Positions 10,761 to 23,742 of a stretch of 64,000 nt of DNA are shown piece by piece. Position 1 is the stretch's first letter. Each line of letters opens with the position of its first letter. The notes under the pieces are model-generated. The model was given only the letters and a program-made list of their open reading frames with translations. It was not told where the DNA came from and made no database searches. The DNA is taken from positions 372,001-436,000 of the forward strand of contig NW_026250429.1 in NCBI RefSeq assembly GCF_024521635.1. The letters are read 5' to 3'. This DNA comes from Tricharina praecox. Lineage: Eukaryota. A program made the translations under genes and the position numbers.

Positions 10761-11401
10761 ATGTCCAAACGTACGCGCGCCGCCCGCGACAGCGAGGAAG
10801 AGCTTGTGGCCCTGCCCAGCGACGAGGAGGATGTCGAGAGTGAAGACGAGTTTGCGCCCCCCCTTCTCCCCTCCCCCCCCCCGCGCGCGCTGCCCCAATC
10901 TGCTCAATTACAAATTCACTTGCTTACCGCGCGGCGTGTAAAAAAAGGTACCAGGAAACAGCCTCGGAAGCCTCGGTCTCCGAATCCGAAGAGGAGAAGA
11001 CTGCCGCCGCGACGCGGCCGAAGCGGCGGCGCGTGGAGAAGCCGGTAGCTGCTGATAGTGAGGAGGAGGAGGATGAGGACCAGGACGAAAAAGACGAGGG
11101 GGAGGAGGAAGTGGAAGAGGAGGGGGAGGATGCGGGGAGCGACGTTGAGGAGGGGGATGATGGCATGTTTTTCTCCCCGGTCTTGAACGAACCAACCCAG
11201 TGAGAGGTGTGTGTGAGTGTTGACGACGGACGATATACAGATCCGGATCTTCCTGAGGAGTCCGCCAAGGTCTCGAAGGCGCAGGATGCCAAGAAGTCCA
11301 AAGCTGCTGCTGCTGCTGCTGCCAGCGATGACGAGGAGGACGAGGAGGAGGAAGATGACGACGAAGCTGCTGCGCCCGCGGCTGCTGCCGTCAAGAAATA
11401 G
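10761..11401 (+). CDS. Small, highly acidic low-complexity protein with NLS-like motifs (possible nuclear/histone-chaperone-like), 3 coding exons
   Basis: MSKRTRAARDSEEELVALPSDEED; introns 10850-10947 (GTTTGC..AG) and 11163-11240 (GCATGT..CAG) give one frame rich in E/D with PKRRRVEK. Confidence 0.65.
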
Positions 11402-12065
11402 GTACGACCACTGTTTGTGAGCCGTTACGCGGCCAATTCGCTGACAATCACTAGATTTGTTTCGTCAGAAGTGAATCTATGTCGATGTTCTGGATCTGGA
11501 TCTGGAGATATGCGTGTATGTAGCGCAATTGGATTTTGTCAGAAAGCCATAATGTACCGGTACTCTACTAGTATTTTGATTGACGTTGAAGTTGATGATG
11601 CGATCCATCGCTAGCTCGAGCTGTGGAGTAGATATGAACTAGCTTCTAGCGTGAATCCTCTATGCACCTCACCATCATCATCATAGTACAAGCGAAGCGA
11701 AGAGGAGGGAGGATCAGATCTCATCTTAAGGTCCATGCACCAATGCGTGACCACAGAGAAAGCACACATCCATCCATCTCGGCACAACTCCGCGTACCGT
11801 ACGTACTTACTTACAAAAGCAACACATCAACAAAGTCTTTAAAGAGCACACATTTACCAACCCCCTCCCCCGCAAAAGCACGCTATTTACATATTATGCT
11901 GTGCAATTGCTTGCCTGCTTGCTGTCTTCTTCTTCTTCTTCTTCTTCTTTCAAAGTCCAAATACACAAGTTGTAGTAGTAGAAACATTATTTTGCATCCT
12001 CCGTGTGCCGCCCACACCCCACCAACCAGCCACCCTTCGAGTACATATATCCACAGCTAGGCTAG

Positions 12066-14550
12066 CTAGCCGTCGCTACCGCTGCTACGGAATGCCATAC
12101 ATAACTGCGCGTAGTGATGGGTCAAGTCCAGCACGCTCTGCGGGAAGTTGGTTGACTGCACGATGCTGCGGACCTTGACGGCGCCCTCTTCGGCGATCAA
12201 CTTGCGTATCGACAGCAGCAGCGAGGGGGAGAACTGTATTGTATCGTCATGTCAGCCAACACAATTCGAGCTGTAGACGTGGGGGAGGGAAAAAAACTCA
12301 CCTCGGAATACCGGCGGTATTGCCAGGCCGTCAGCTTGATGATTCCGTCCAGCGCATTACGACTGTCGCGTCGTTTCTCCTGGTCTTTGAGGAGTCCTTT
12401 CAGCGCCTTGGGCGAGAAGCGGATCTTGAGGGTGGCGTTGAACGCCTCGAGTGATTCCTCATGGTGGTGGAGTCGCTGTGCGAGCTCGCCGAGGATCTCC
12501 CACTCGGTCGCGTTCTTCTTATAGGGCAGCGCTTGGGACTTGTATTGTGCGTACTCCGACCGCCAGATCGTGTACACGCGGAGATCCTACATAGTGAATG
12601 GAATGGGTTAGCCAATGGTTCCTTCCTTCCTTCCGCTTCAGTCGTCACGGGGGGAGGGGGTTCTTACCTCATAGAGCACCATGAAAAGGTTGTCGAGCCA
12701 CCTCTCGCAGAGACGCTTGTTCTGGAAGTGCGTGTACTTCTCGGCGAGCGATCTCTCGTCGTCGGGGGGTGTACCATCATCGCTTCCCTTGGGTTCGGCC
12801 GGAACCGCACTCTCGGGCTTCTCGATGCTAGCGGCACCAATATCCGTCTCATCCTCCGACTTCTCGTCACCATTTGTCTCCGATTTCTCATCGGTACCGT
12901 TGGATGACACACGGTCCTCGCTCTGCCGTGGCGTCCCGCGTAATGTAGCCACACTGGAATTCTTCTTCTCCTCCCGATACTCTTCCTCCATGACAAATAC
13001 CGAACTACGGCACTTGAGCAGGGTGTCCCAGCCAATTTGGCTGGTGATCTCGGTGAGGATCTTGTACGCCTTGGCGAAGGTTCCCTTGAGGTTGGCGGCG
13101 GGGAGCTTCAGGAGCATCGGGTCGACATGATCCTGTTTGGGATCGAAGTGGTCCTCGTTCATCTCCTCCAACATCGCCTCCTGCAGGATCGGGAGATGCA
13201 TCTTGTTCGGCGGCGGCATCTTGGGGATGTCGCGATCCTGGTAGGTGAACATGGGGCAGGAGTTCAGCGTTAAAAGAGCCTGCACATGATCGTTATACTA
13301 TGTAAGTAGTTATACCGGAGAGAGATGTGGATGAGTCGGTAGGTACCAGTTCGTATTGCTCCAGTTTCAGATATACCTGCGCTAGTCGTTCCCACGTCGT
13401 GAATTCGCTGGGAGCGCTGTTGACCGCACGTTTGGCACATTCGAGAGCGAGGTCATATCTCCCCTTGCTCATGCAGAACTCTGCCTGGACATCGAGAAGA
13501 CTGTTGTCCATTGGCAAGATTTTTACGGTGTCGTACAGAAGCTGGACTGCCTTGACCTCCTCGTCGGCATCGATCAACACCCGTGCCAGTAACGATGCCA
13601 CCTCCGGCTCCTTAGACCGAAGCTTCTCGAACAGATTCACACCCGAGGCGAAGCGACCAGTCGTGTGGATGTACGTCAACAGGCCGGAGGTGAGGTGATT
13701 CGACACGACGTTAGGAACCTGGACTTCGGGATCGGATCCGAGCTGGTAGCCCTTGAAGAACAGCCGTTCCGCGGCATCCAGGAACTTGTGTTCGACCTCC
13801 GTGCTCGTGATAGGATTAAACTTGCGACAACCGACGATTATCGTCGCACCCTCCTCGGCGTAGCTGAATGCTCGCAGGACACTGCAGAGGTAGGTCTCGA
13901 GCCAGAGCGCATCGGTCGCCTTGCGCTTCTCTCCACGCTCGTCGACGGCGTAGGCGTCCACGGTTCCGGGTATCGTCACGTTGACGCGCATGTCCAATCG
14001 AGAGAAGGCATTGTAGCAACTGGACACATCGCCAAAGCTAAATAAGAGCCCATCGGCATCGCGGGGTATGAGGGGTCAGGGTAGTACCAGTAAGTGCCCG
14101 TGGTGATGCGCCACGCCTGCGGTCTGCCGAACCAGAGCTGGTTCTCACCGATCGAGTATGTCAGGGTATTGATGTAGGCAGCGAGCGACGCCGACGACGA
14201 AGCATCTACACCGGTGACGTGATGATAGGTGCCGATCTGCACGGAGAAGAGAAATGATAAGTGTCAATTCGGCGGGGGCTTCGTGGCGTACACAGCTAGT
14301 TCGTCTAACCTCTTTCACAGCTGCTTTCGGCTGCGTCTTGATCAGGTGGACCAGGTCCGGAGGTCCCAGCTCTCGGAGTGCCTGGAGCGATTCTGTGCGC
14401 GCGTTTATCGACTCGTGTATCTCATTCTCGACGATCCTGTAAGCGGCGCCCGCGATGGTGTTGTTAACTTCGATTTCTTCAGGCGCTGGTAAGATAGGGT
14501 GGATTGGGGTATAGCACATACTCCGGCACGGCTGGCTGGACGACTACCAT
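12066..14550 (-). CDS. ChAPs family exomer cargo adaptor (Bud7/Bch1-like Chs5-Arf1-binding protein), multi-exon
   Basis: MVVQPAVPE; ARTESLQALRELGPPDLVHL; GTYHHVTGVDASSSASLAAYINTL; CYNAFSRLDMRV; LECAKRAVNSAPSEFTTW; ALLTLNSCPMF; KRLCERWLDNLFMVLYE; ends CMAFRSSGSDG*. Confidence 0.92.
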
Positions 14551-15656
14551 CTCGGAGTCGACAGAATCGCAGCCCCGTATGTTCTGTGATACGATTGGAA
14601 GAGAAGCTGTGCCTCCGGCTAAGCTCTGGGGTCGATGGGAGTCGATATCTCGTGGTCCGGGGCGGGGTTGTGGGTTATGTACGTTGGATGTTTGGGAGTC
14701 TCACCAGTTAGTTGTCTTGATTCCCATGCACGCACCAAACGTGGTTTAGTCTGAGGAGAATGTTGAGTAATCTTGGCGCGAGTGCTTCACTGTGTCGGAT
14801 AATTCAATCCTGTGCCACGAAAGCAAGAAGAAGGTGTAACTTGAAAGCTTGTGGCACAGTGGAAGCCTGTGTCTCTTGGAGTAGTTGAGGGATACGGACA
14901 GTCTGAGCGGTGTATCAATGTCTGCTGCGGGACATGCCTTCAAATAGGTAGTTCTTCGTCAGCTTGTTCCTGACCGTTCTGCGATACCTGAAGCACGCAA
15001 AAATTCTGGTGTCAAAGTATGCGGAGTAGGACCCCTTAACAAGCATTCCAAAAGTATGTGCGAGCTTGATGACCGGCTTTCTTGCTTTGAGAAGCTGCAG
15101 ACAACCACTTGTGATCAATGAGCCTGCAGTTCACTGAGGGGTACATTGTAAATATTTAACTCGGCCCTTTGTCTTCTACGATAATGCGTGATATGCTTTC
15201 GCTGCTTCAGTTCAATCCAGACCCTTCCAAAGACACTGTCTTCGATCGGCAAATGGGGCAACAGTTCGGCTAGTTCCAGATTCCCGCCATAGCTGTCACT
15301 TTGATAGCTGCTAGCAACTCTATGTACTTGCACCAGCCAGAATTCAACCCTAACCGTCCCCGCGCTGGATCCAACCATACCTAGACTCACTTAGCCGCTA
15401 GTCGCATCACTGCTACATAGTAGTACCAGTTGTAGAGTAACACAGAGCTGCCGCCAGCGGAGTGAGCTTCTCGCGTTTTTCCACGAAAAGACGCGCACAA
15501 CATTAAACATACATACCACCACCAACATTCCTCATACCCAACAGCAACAAACACATACTCCGCATAGTCCCGCCACTGATCGGATTGGAGCCAGTTCATT
15601 GCGTCTCGAGGAGGGGCAGCCTCAAGAGAATTGGAGACCGCCGAGATATCCCAATC

Positions 15657-18600
15657 ATGGTACCACGCACCGGCCTCGCTGTTTCCCGCCCCTCATCCGT
15701 AACTAATGGCGCATACTCTACGTGTAGGCTACGTTCAAATCCATCAACGTACTTCCAGACTCGGACAGCGAGGATGAGAATGATAACACCCAAGAAATCC
15801 AAATCGAAGAGGCATTGAAGCTCTACCAGCAAGCATTGCGTCACCACACAGATCGCCAGTGGGATGAAGCGCAGAAGGCCTACGGGGAGCTTTTCCAATC
15901 GGAGATATTCCAGATTGATGTTGAAGAGCAGGTATGTACCTATCCCATTGTCGCGGGAAAGAGGGCAGAAGACGAACAGGGGTGGGCGCGGTTGAAGTAA
16001 ACTAATACACGTTTGGTTTCGCCAGGTCCACGGCCGCACCAATAATGTTTCGTCGTCGCTACCACTCGTCCAATATCTGTCGTTCAAGAATCAGGGCGCC
16101 TTCAAACTCGACCGCCTGAAAGCGACAATCTCCACCCAGAGCGAAGACGAAGTTCGATCCGAAATCACGCAGGCGCTGCAGTGGTTTGCTACGGCGTTGG
16201 ATCGGGACACCGGCGATTCTGCGCTGTGGCGGCAATCTGCACAGCTGGCGCTCGTTCTTTCGTCGGCCCGCTTGGCTCGGTTTGCACTAGAATCGGTTCT
16301 CGATCATGAAACGATTGGTACGGACGCCTCGAAGGACGCGTTATCACTCGTCATCGGCGGAAATCAGAATCCAGAAGAACACCTCGCCGTGCTACAACTA
16401 CGCAAGATCCTGGAAGGCCTCGGCGATACACTGAGCCTGTCCGACGAGCGCTTCAAGGGTCTCAAGGGCAGGAGGTTGAAGAAAAGTTTCGTCAAGTTTC
16501 TGAATCCGTTGCCATGGTTACAAGCACCTCTGCCCGGTTGTGTGAAAACACTGGCGACCATGACCGATGAGTTCTCGAAGAGACGCAGGGTGGTTAATGT
16601 GCCATTCAGGACATGGGCTGCCGTGGGGAAGGCCATCCTCGATTCGCTGCTGGAAGAACCTGAGGACGACGAGGTTGTTGTTGTTCCTGCGCATTCGAAT
16701 ATCCTTCAGATCGTCTTGCCGCACTATGAAAGCGAAGAAGAGTCTCGACATACCACTCCGGATGAGCCAAGTCCCCCGGACTCTACCTCAAAGTCGGAAA
16801 ATGCTGTCGCCGATGACAATGACGACCTCGCCATGACCGATGCGGCATCGAACCTGGCTACAGCCGCAGTGAACGACCGCCGGCGCAGTGCGTCCGCCAA
16901 CAGAAAACGAAAATCCACGTCTATGGGCGGTGATGGTGCGGATTCGGGAAGGTCGCGGCTGAGCAAGAGGCAACGTGACAAAAAGGCAGCAGATGCGGCA
17001 GCAGCAGAGGCCGCAATGACCCCCGAGAGCAGGGCGAAAGTCCGGCAAGATGCTCAAGATGAGAAGCTATTCAATACTGCCGACGATTGCTTCTCTCCCT
17101 TTGGCCTGTCCCTGGGAAACGCTCGCGCACTGAAGTTTAGCCCCCCTGATGTTTCCACGGAAAATAATGACCATCCCAAAACCGATGAACTGTGCTTGGA
17201 AGACTTCAAGGCCATTCTGCGGACATGGGATGACGATAAGGGTAACGTGATACTCTACGGTGACGGGATCCAGTCTCCTGCTGAAGCCGCCCAGGGTATG
17301 AGCTTTCTGGACCTCGAAGCCAACACCCCGAGTCGTCCACTGCTTGCGGGCGATGAAGGGCTGCGGAAATGGGTCAAGAGCATCAACTCGAGAGGGTTAG
17401 GTGCAGAACAGGCCGCGTTTGAATGGCTGAAGGCTCTCTGCCGGAAAGACCTGGACTCTCGGAATAAGAAATCGCGAGGTTCGTCTGTCTCCAGTGGACA
17501 GAGCAGTTGGGTCAAATACAACTGGCCCGACTTCCTAAAAATCACCGTACTCAGTGCCGTCGACAACTGTGAAGAGTCCTGTTATCAGCACCTCAAGAAC
17601 GTGGACGTAAGGCTGAGCGAGCGCTCGAAAGATGACCAATCGAATCAATTTACGCCAGAAGATTACGCGGATGTCGAGTTTGCGGAGACCATACTGGAAC
17701 TATACATTGATGATCTCGCGGCCGCCGAGCGGGACAAGAGCGGCAGCGATGTCAGCGAGGATGTCGAGCTCGAGATCAAACGAGAGCGAGCGGTCAGATG
17801 GAAATACCTTGTCGGGGACCTTATGCATCACCGTCCCCGAGACGCAGACGGGCAACTGGAGGAAGATCAACTGACACTTCGCTACATCTGGGCGACAGCC
17901 GTGATGTCTGGATTCACAGAGTATTCGTCGCGCGAGTTCCGGTTGGAATGTTTCGAAGATCTCAAGGTCTTGCTCGCTGAACGGGAAGCTCCGCCGATCG
18001 ATCTCCCGAACAGCAGCGTGATGCCAGAGATATCGGCTGTAAGAGCGGAACGCGAGCTTAGTAAGCTCAAAACCGTGGATTTCTTCAGCACGATCTTTGC
18101 GGCAACATCGGATACGAATGAGAAGGCTCCGGAAGAAGTGATTGAGATACTGGAAGCGGTTCTGGATCCCGGTGCGATATTGCCTTACGATGAGGAAGAG
18201 GAACGAGTTCTGCACGAGATTGGAAGGTTCCTCGAAGGCTCAAGCGCAATGTTCAAGCTCCATCTGTGGGAAAAGCTGAAAGCTGCTTACGAAAAGGTCA
18301 AGCATCCTCCCAAGGTACTCTTGTGCACATACAAGTGTATTCAAGTCATCATGAGCGAATTGAAGAGTCGCAGCTATATCGATTCCTCGCAAGACCACCG
18401 ACAATTCGTGCTCCTCCGATCAATGCGACTGATCAAGGGACTAATGGGCAATGCCTTGGTTCTGGCGATGGACAAGACGAACATGGCCGAACTTACAAAT
18501 GCCGAATTGAAAGATGCGCTGGAATCTATCTTGGCTATGCTCAGGATATTGCATTGCTATACTTTCTGGGAAAACGCTGTGATGAAGTCCGAGGCCAAGG

Positions 18601-21313
18601 CTAGCGATTTGCACTCCTACAGACTCGTGATCATGAAATTTAAGGAGCTCCTTCTTCAAGGATGGATCATGTCTTACCTTTTATACGCAACGATGCTGGA
18701 GCGGGGAATGGGCTCAGACAAGGAGGGGGGTTGGACGGAAGTAGAGAAGGAAGAGAAACTTGCCGGCCTACTCCGAGATCTCCATGAAGAACTAGGGGGC
18801 CGTCATTACTGCAAGTTGTCGAATCGTGAGTTCTCTGACGGATGAGGCTTGATGACGAATACCTAACCTAGCGATGTGCCAGATCTCTTCCTCAAGTTGA
18901 TGTTTGATGAGTTGCTCAGATTCAACAATCGAGAATACGACAGCGAAATGCTGCAGGTGATCCATTGCAGGTTTCACCTGACTCTGTGCTCGGATCAGTG
19001 GTATTTCTGCGAGCATAAGACGATCGCCGAAGTCCTTGACAGGGACACGGCGTTGAAACTGCTGGACTTCATCATGTTTCACGCGTCGAAGAAGAAGATT
19101 GCCCAACTACAGAAATCAGACCTGAAAATGGGTCTGGATAAGCTGGTTGAGGTCTTCGGCATTCCGCGAGCGGGAGATAGATCGGCAAGAATTTCCCACA
19201 ATCTTGCCGTCATGGACAACTACCTAAAGTCGTCGATAAATCCCCTCCAAATGTTCAGTTGCTTAAGGGGCGATCTAAACATTTCCACGGTCGAAATCTT
19301 TGGCGAACGGAAGGCGATCGCTGCGAAGGGCTTGTTCTTCCTCCAGGGAAAAATCGCGCTCTACCAGTTGAAAAACAACAAGAAGATTGGTTCTCTGAAG
19401 ACGGACGAACTAGAGGCAGCAGTCAAGTACCTTAGGCATGACTTGGCTTGCAATCCAGACTCGTGGGAAACATGGTACCGTATGGGCCAGACGTTCGAGG
19501 TGCAAATGGAGGATGCACAGACCTGGAACTCAGAATATATGAACGTAAAGCGGGCAGAGCTTGTGGCGCTGGAACGGGTATGTTTAATGCTACTTCCCCA
19601 CCTTCGAAGCTTTCCTTAGCTGATTAATTATAGCGGACAATCCTGTGCTACATGATGGCCGTGTCTCATTCCATCCAGAATGCCGACGACGAACCGGAAA
19701 CCAACAAGATCATAGCTGAATTATATACGGACTTTGGCTACCGTATCTATTCCGCCAGTCGACCACCAATGCTGATGCAAAGCTTCTGGACTGATGGATT
19801 CCTACGGCAGTTTTCCGGCCAGAACGGACAAGGCTTGTACACCAGTCGCCCTCACAGTGAGCTCAATCATCACACCGCACTGCGCTATGCTCTTACCCTG
19901 TTCTCGAGAGCAGCGGATGAATGCGAAGACAACTGGAAGAACCATTACATGATGGGAAAATGTATGGCCAAGCTTCTCGAATGGCGCGACTATGATGTCG
20001 AAGACATTCTCCAGCATTACATCAATGCTATCAAGCTGTGCCCCGAGAAAGGCGATGTCATCTTCGAGCCCCATCACAAGCTCGTCTCGGCGGCTACAAA
20101 ATTCGTACTCGCGGAGAGGTTACAGCCAAAGCGTGCATGCGAAATCCTTGAGGCAAGTCGATTCTCGAAGGGGATAGACCACGTCGAGGACCGCGCCGGC
20201 TTCATCCTTTATGTCCTCGAGGTCTTCAAGAAGATGAAAGCCGCCGACAAGCAGAAATGGCACCACCGGATGACGAACCGCATTGCCAGACTGCGATACG
20301 TGGAACTCAAGGACCCCGCAGGTGCGCGCACCGAAATCTCGTCGCTTTTCACGAAATCGGCGCAACTGGCCATCTGGAGACCGGAACATGAGCGCTCTGG
20401 GCGTCACTTCGTGTACGCGTCACAGTACACTATGTTTCACGTTGAGCTCCTGGCGAATGTCGGGGACCGGGCGACCATGGAGACGGTTGCGAAGCGAGTG
20501 AGGAGATTGCCACACGGGCTATACAGACATCCAGATGTGTGGAACTTCGTTTTCGAGAAATACATCGTTGTTCTCCGCCGCTCGATTCCATACCGTATCG
20601 AGGACGAAGTGTTCAAAGACGTGTCATTCGACGACTTCACCAATTACTCGCAAAAACTAGACACTCACTGCAACAGTCTCAAGGACACCCAATGTCCCGT
20701 CCTCGACACCGTCCGCGAAGTCTTCGAGCTCCGCCGGCTCAACGGCGGCCTGGCAAAGCATTCATCCATCGACGACCTGCTCGCCGATTCCTACGCCATG
20801 CTCTGGCAAGAGCTAGTACCCGCCATCATGGAAGCCGAAAAGTCTCAACACAACCCCATGAGTCTCAAGAACATGATGTTCGACGCCGCCCCACCGCCAG
20901 TACTACCGCAATCACCGCAGCAACCCGCCAATCCCGCCGCAGCAACAGACCCGGCAGGAGCACCACCGGGCGGGGCAAAACTGGACCTGGACCTCCCCCT
21001 GCGTGCAAAAATGACACGTGTAACCCGCCGCGAACTGATCAGCAAAGCTACCAATCTCTGCAAAGAGATCGCGCAAGCCTCCACCTCCAGCAGCACCGCA
21101 GCCGCAAAGAGCGGAAGCACCGGGCCCAGTGTTTGTGACCCCCTCCCCTGTCTTCTGTCTTCTTCACCGGTCACTGAAAAACTCCAGAGTCCGAAGGGTA
21201 GGCCTGCGGAAATGGCAACGAGCGATGATGGCATGCAGCGAGATGAAGACGCTGATTTGTCGGCGTTACCGCCGCCGCTTCCACTGGATATGTCGATGTC
21301 GATGGGAAATTAG
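15657..21313 (+). CDS. HIR3: Histone transcription regulator 3 (HIR complex subunit, Cabin1 homolog)
   Basis: ATG-only first exon (15657-15659), intron 15660-15727, then ATFKSINV..TQEIQIEEALKLYQQAL. Further introns ~15932-16025, ~18826-18882 and ~19578-19633. Motifs LARFALESVL, WETWYRMGQ, ADKQKWHHRMTNRIAR, IWRPEHERSGRHFVY. Confidence 0.9.
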
Positions 21314-21738
21314 TGTAGTGTGACGTGGACTTGAGTTGTGATGGTTGCTTCTTGTTTTCACCTTTGTACTAGGAGTTGTCGGGTGTCTGCCTTTACCTAT
21401 CTTTTTGCTGAATCTGATGCTTGCTGCTGGGAATCTTTCGCCCGACGTGAACCATACTTCTTATATCAACAGCTTCTGGTAATAGAGACAGTTCTCGTAG
21501 GTAGATGAGCCTATGCATCTGTTGCCGAGCAAAAAGGTGTGAGCAAAATCTACCTACCAAGGGTCCAAAATACGAGTGAGATGCAGTGAACAAATTGCAC
21601 AAATTTGAATTGCGATGTTTCGAGAGAGAGATCTGCAGTTTATTTCGCATGTAGCCTATGTATCTAAACTATGGCGAACTGTCGCACTCCATTCCTGCCC
21701 ACTCTGGTCGGTGGGGGGTTAAGACCCCAATACCAGCC

Positions 21739-23370
21739 AGCACAATGTGGTGCTGCTGCCAGCCTTGCAATGTATTGAATGTCTGTCTACTAGTAGCACT
21801 ACTACTGCTCACTCAGTACAATTTGGTTATCCAGGGCTTTAATTGAATTGAAGTAGGGCTGTATCTGAGCGGGGCTTAGTTAGGGCACGGTAGCGTTGGA
21901 GCACGGTAGCGCACATTTTCGCCGGTTTTCCACCACAAAACCACCACCACAACCACGTCCGAAAGACATCTTCTCTCTTTCTTTCATTCTTTTCACTCCA
22001 CAACAGTTGACAGTTTCGATGAACGTGCCACCTTCCTTTCCACTCCACAACAGTCGAGGGCTTACACCAACCGGTCTACTTGGAACCATCAACATTCAAC
22101 CATCAACATTCCGCCCTTGGGGGCAATCGGCACTTATAAGCAGTGCAGATTCGACAAAGTGGGCGTGACTCATCACATCCACCCCCCATCGATATCCGGT
22201 GATGTCCGAAACACGACGGGACGGAGAAATTTGATGAAACCAACGCCTGGGGCCCGGGGCCTGGGCTAAACAAGCCATAGAAGAGACCAGCTTAGAAGAA
22301 GAAGAACAAGAAGAGCAAGAACCCCCCTTGGAAGAACCAGAACCAGAACTCGACCACCGTCGCATGGAATGATTTCCATATGTACCGCAAAATATGCGGA
22401 CGACGAAGGATCCCGCTTTTGGCATCCCTATCACACCTTGAGTGGGAGATCCGCGGTGGCGAATCGAAGGAAGAAAGTCCGCGGCTGAGACATCGCCCGG
22501 ATCACTCTCTCGAGAGATTCAATCCAAGCCGCCTTGGGAAGTGCCTACGGGCAAAGAAGACCCGAAGAGCCTCAGGAAGAGCTACGGGAAAACCGTGGCT
22601 GAGCTCTTCGCCAGAGAGCGTTGTCGGACTGTTGGCTGGGGCAGCACTGCTCCGGAGGGGGTGGGGTGGGAAGAAAATACCGACAAGAGAGGAAGCTGTG
22701 GGGACAGGGGCGAGGCCCCTGGAGGTGGGCATACGTGCCCCGACAGGGTTCTGTGTGTGCGGACTGTGTCCGTGGGGCGAGACGACTTGCACAGAGTGCG
22801 GTCATGGGGGGTTTTTTTTTGCAGCGGAGGAGCGAACACCAGAGCGCATCACGGATACCTACAAACGACAAGTTGCCGCTGCAGTACTACCTAGCATTAC
22901 AACAGCCCCCGACATGTCAGACATTCCCACCTCAGGAGGTAGCGAGAACGAAACTATCAGCGAACCGCCTATCTACAACGGTGGTAAAGCTACAATGGAC
23001 GCACACAAAACCATTTTGGCACCAACGCCACAGCTCACCGACGACTCGACGACTGAGACATGGAATTCGCTCGCATCCGATGCTGCAACACATCATTTGT
23101 GACGGAGGAACGACTCATGGACCACGGTCCGTTTGTGACGAAAGAACGTCTCTTGGACCACGGTCCACATGCGGGTCTGGCATACCGCCGACTCGCCGGC
23201 TCTAGAGCCATAAGAAGTTCCTACCGGATTCGATCCATTTCAATGTGGATCAGATCGTAACAATTGTTAACGGCGGTGACTTGTTCATCGAGGTTACGGT
23301 TCCGGACAGCTCTGAAGAGCTTCCGGATAGCTCTGAGGAGCTTGAGGTGGCGCTTTCGGAGGCTCTGAGG
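21739..23370 (+). repeat. Segment L' of inverted duplication (partner ~3940-6578)
   Basis: See segment L. Carries independent deletions and a local duplication of GGDLFIEVTVxDSSE (23272-23315 repeated at ~23372-23418). Confidence 0.9.
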
Positions 23371-23742
23371 GACGGTGGAGACTTGTTCATCGAGGTTACG
23401 GTTTCGGACAGCTCTGAGATTCAAGGCGGTCACGGGCTCTCCAAATCGGTCAGGTTCAGAGTTTTCTCTCTATCGCCGAGGAGCTTGCTAGCCATGTTGG
23501 GTTGGTGGTCGCTATAGGTAGTCTAATAAGGCCGTATGCGACAATAATTGATTTTTTCCTCTCTTTCCTATGCCCGTGCTCTCAGCTTTCAAGATGCCTT
23601 TGAATCGTGATGTTTAACGTCTGCTCTTGAGAATGAGGTTCCAATTTTGTTTCGAGGCGAGTTGGCAGCATGGATCTCGCTGCCATTCGGGACGGATCAG
23701 GCGGATTTTCCGGAGGACTCGGCCGGTGGTCTGTTACATACC

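Noticed and set aside
10761..11401. Calling the acidic protein Chz1
   Set aside because: The CHZ motif (IDxxNII..RRTRG) is absent; only composition is similar.
14746..15599. Chain of short minus-strand ORFs between ChAPs and HIR3
   Set aside because: No recognisable domain or consistent splice structure; may be a decayed gene but unsupported.
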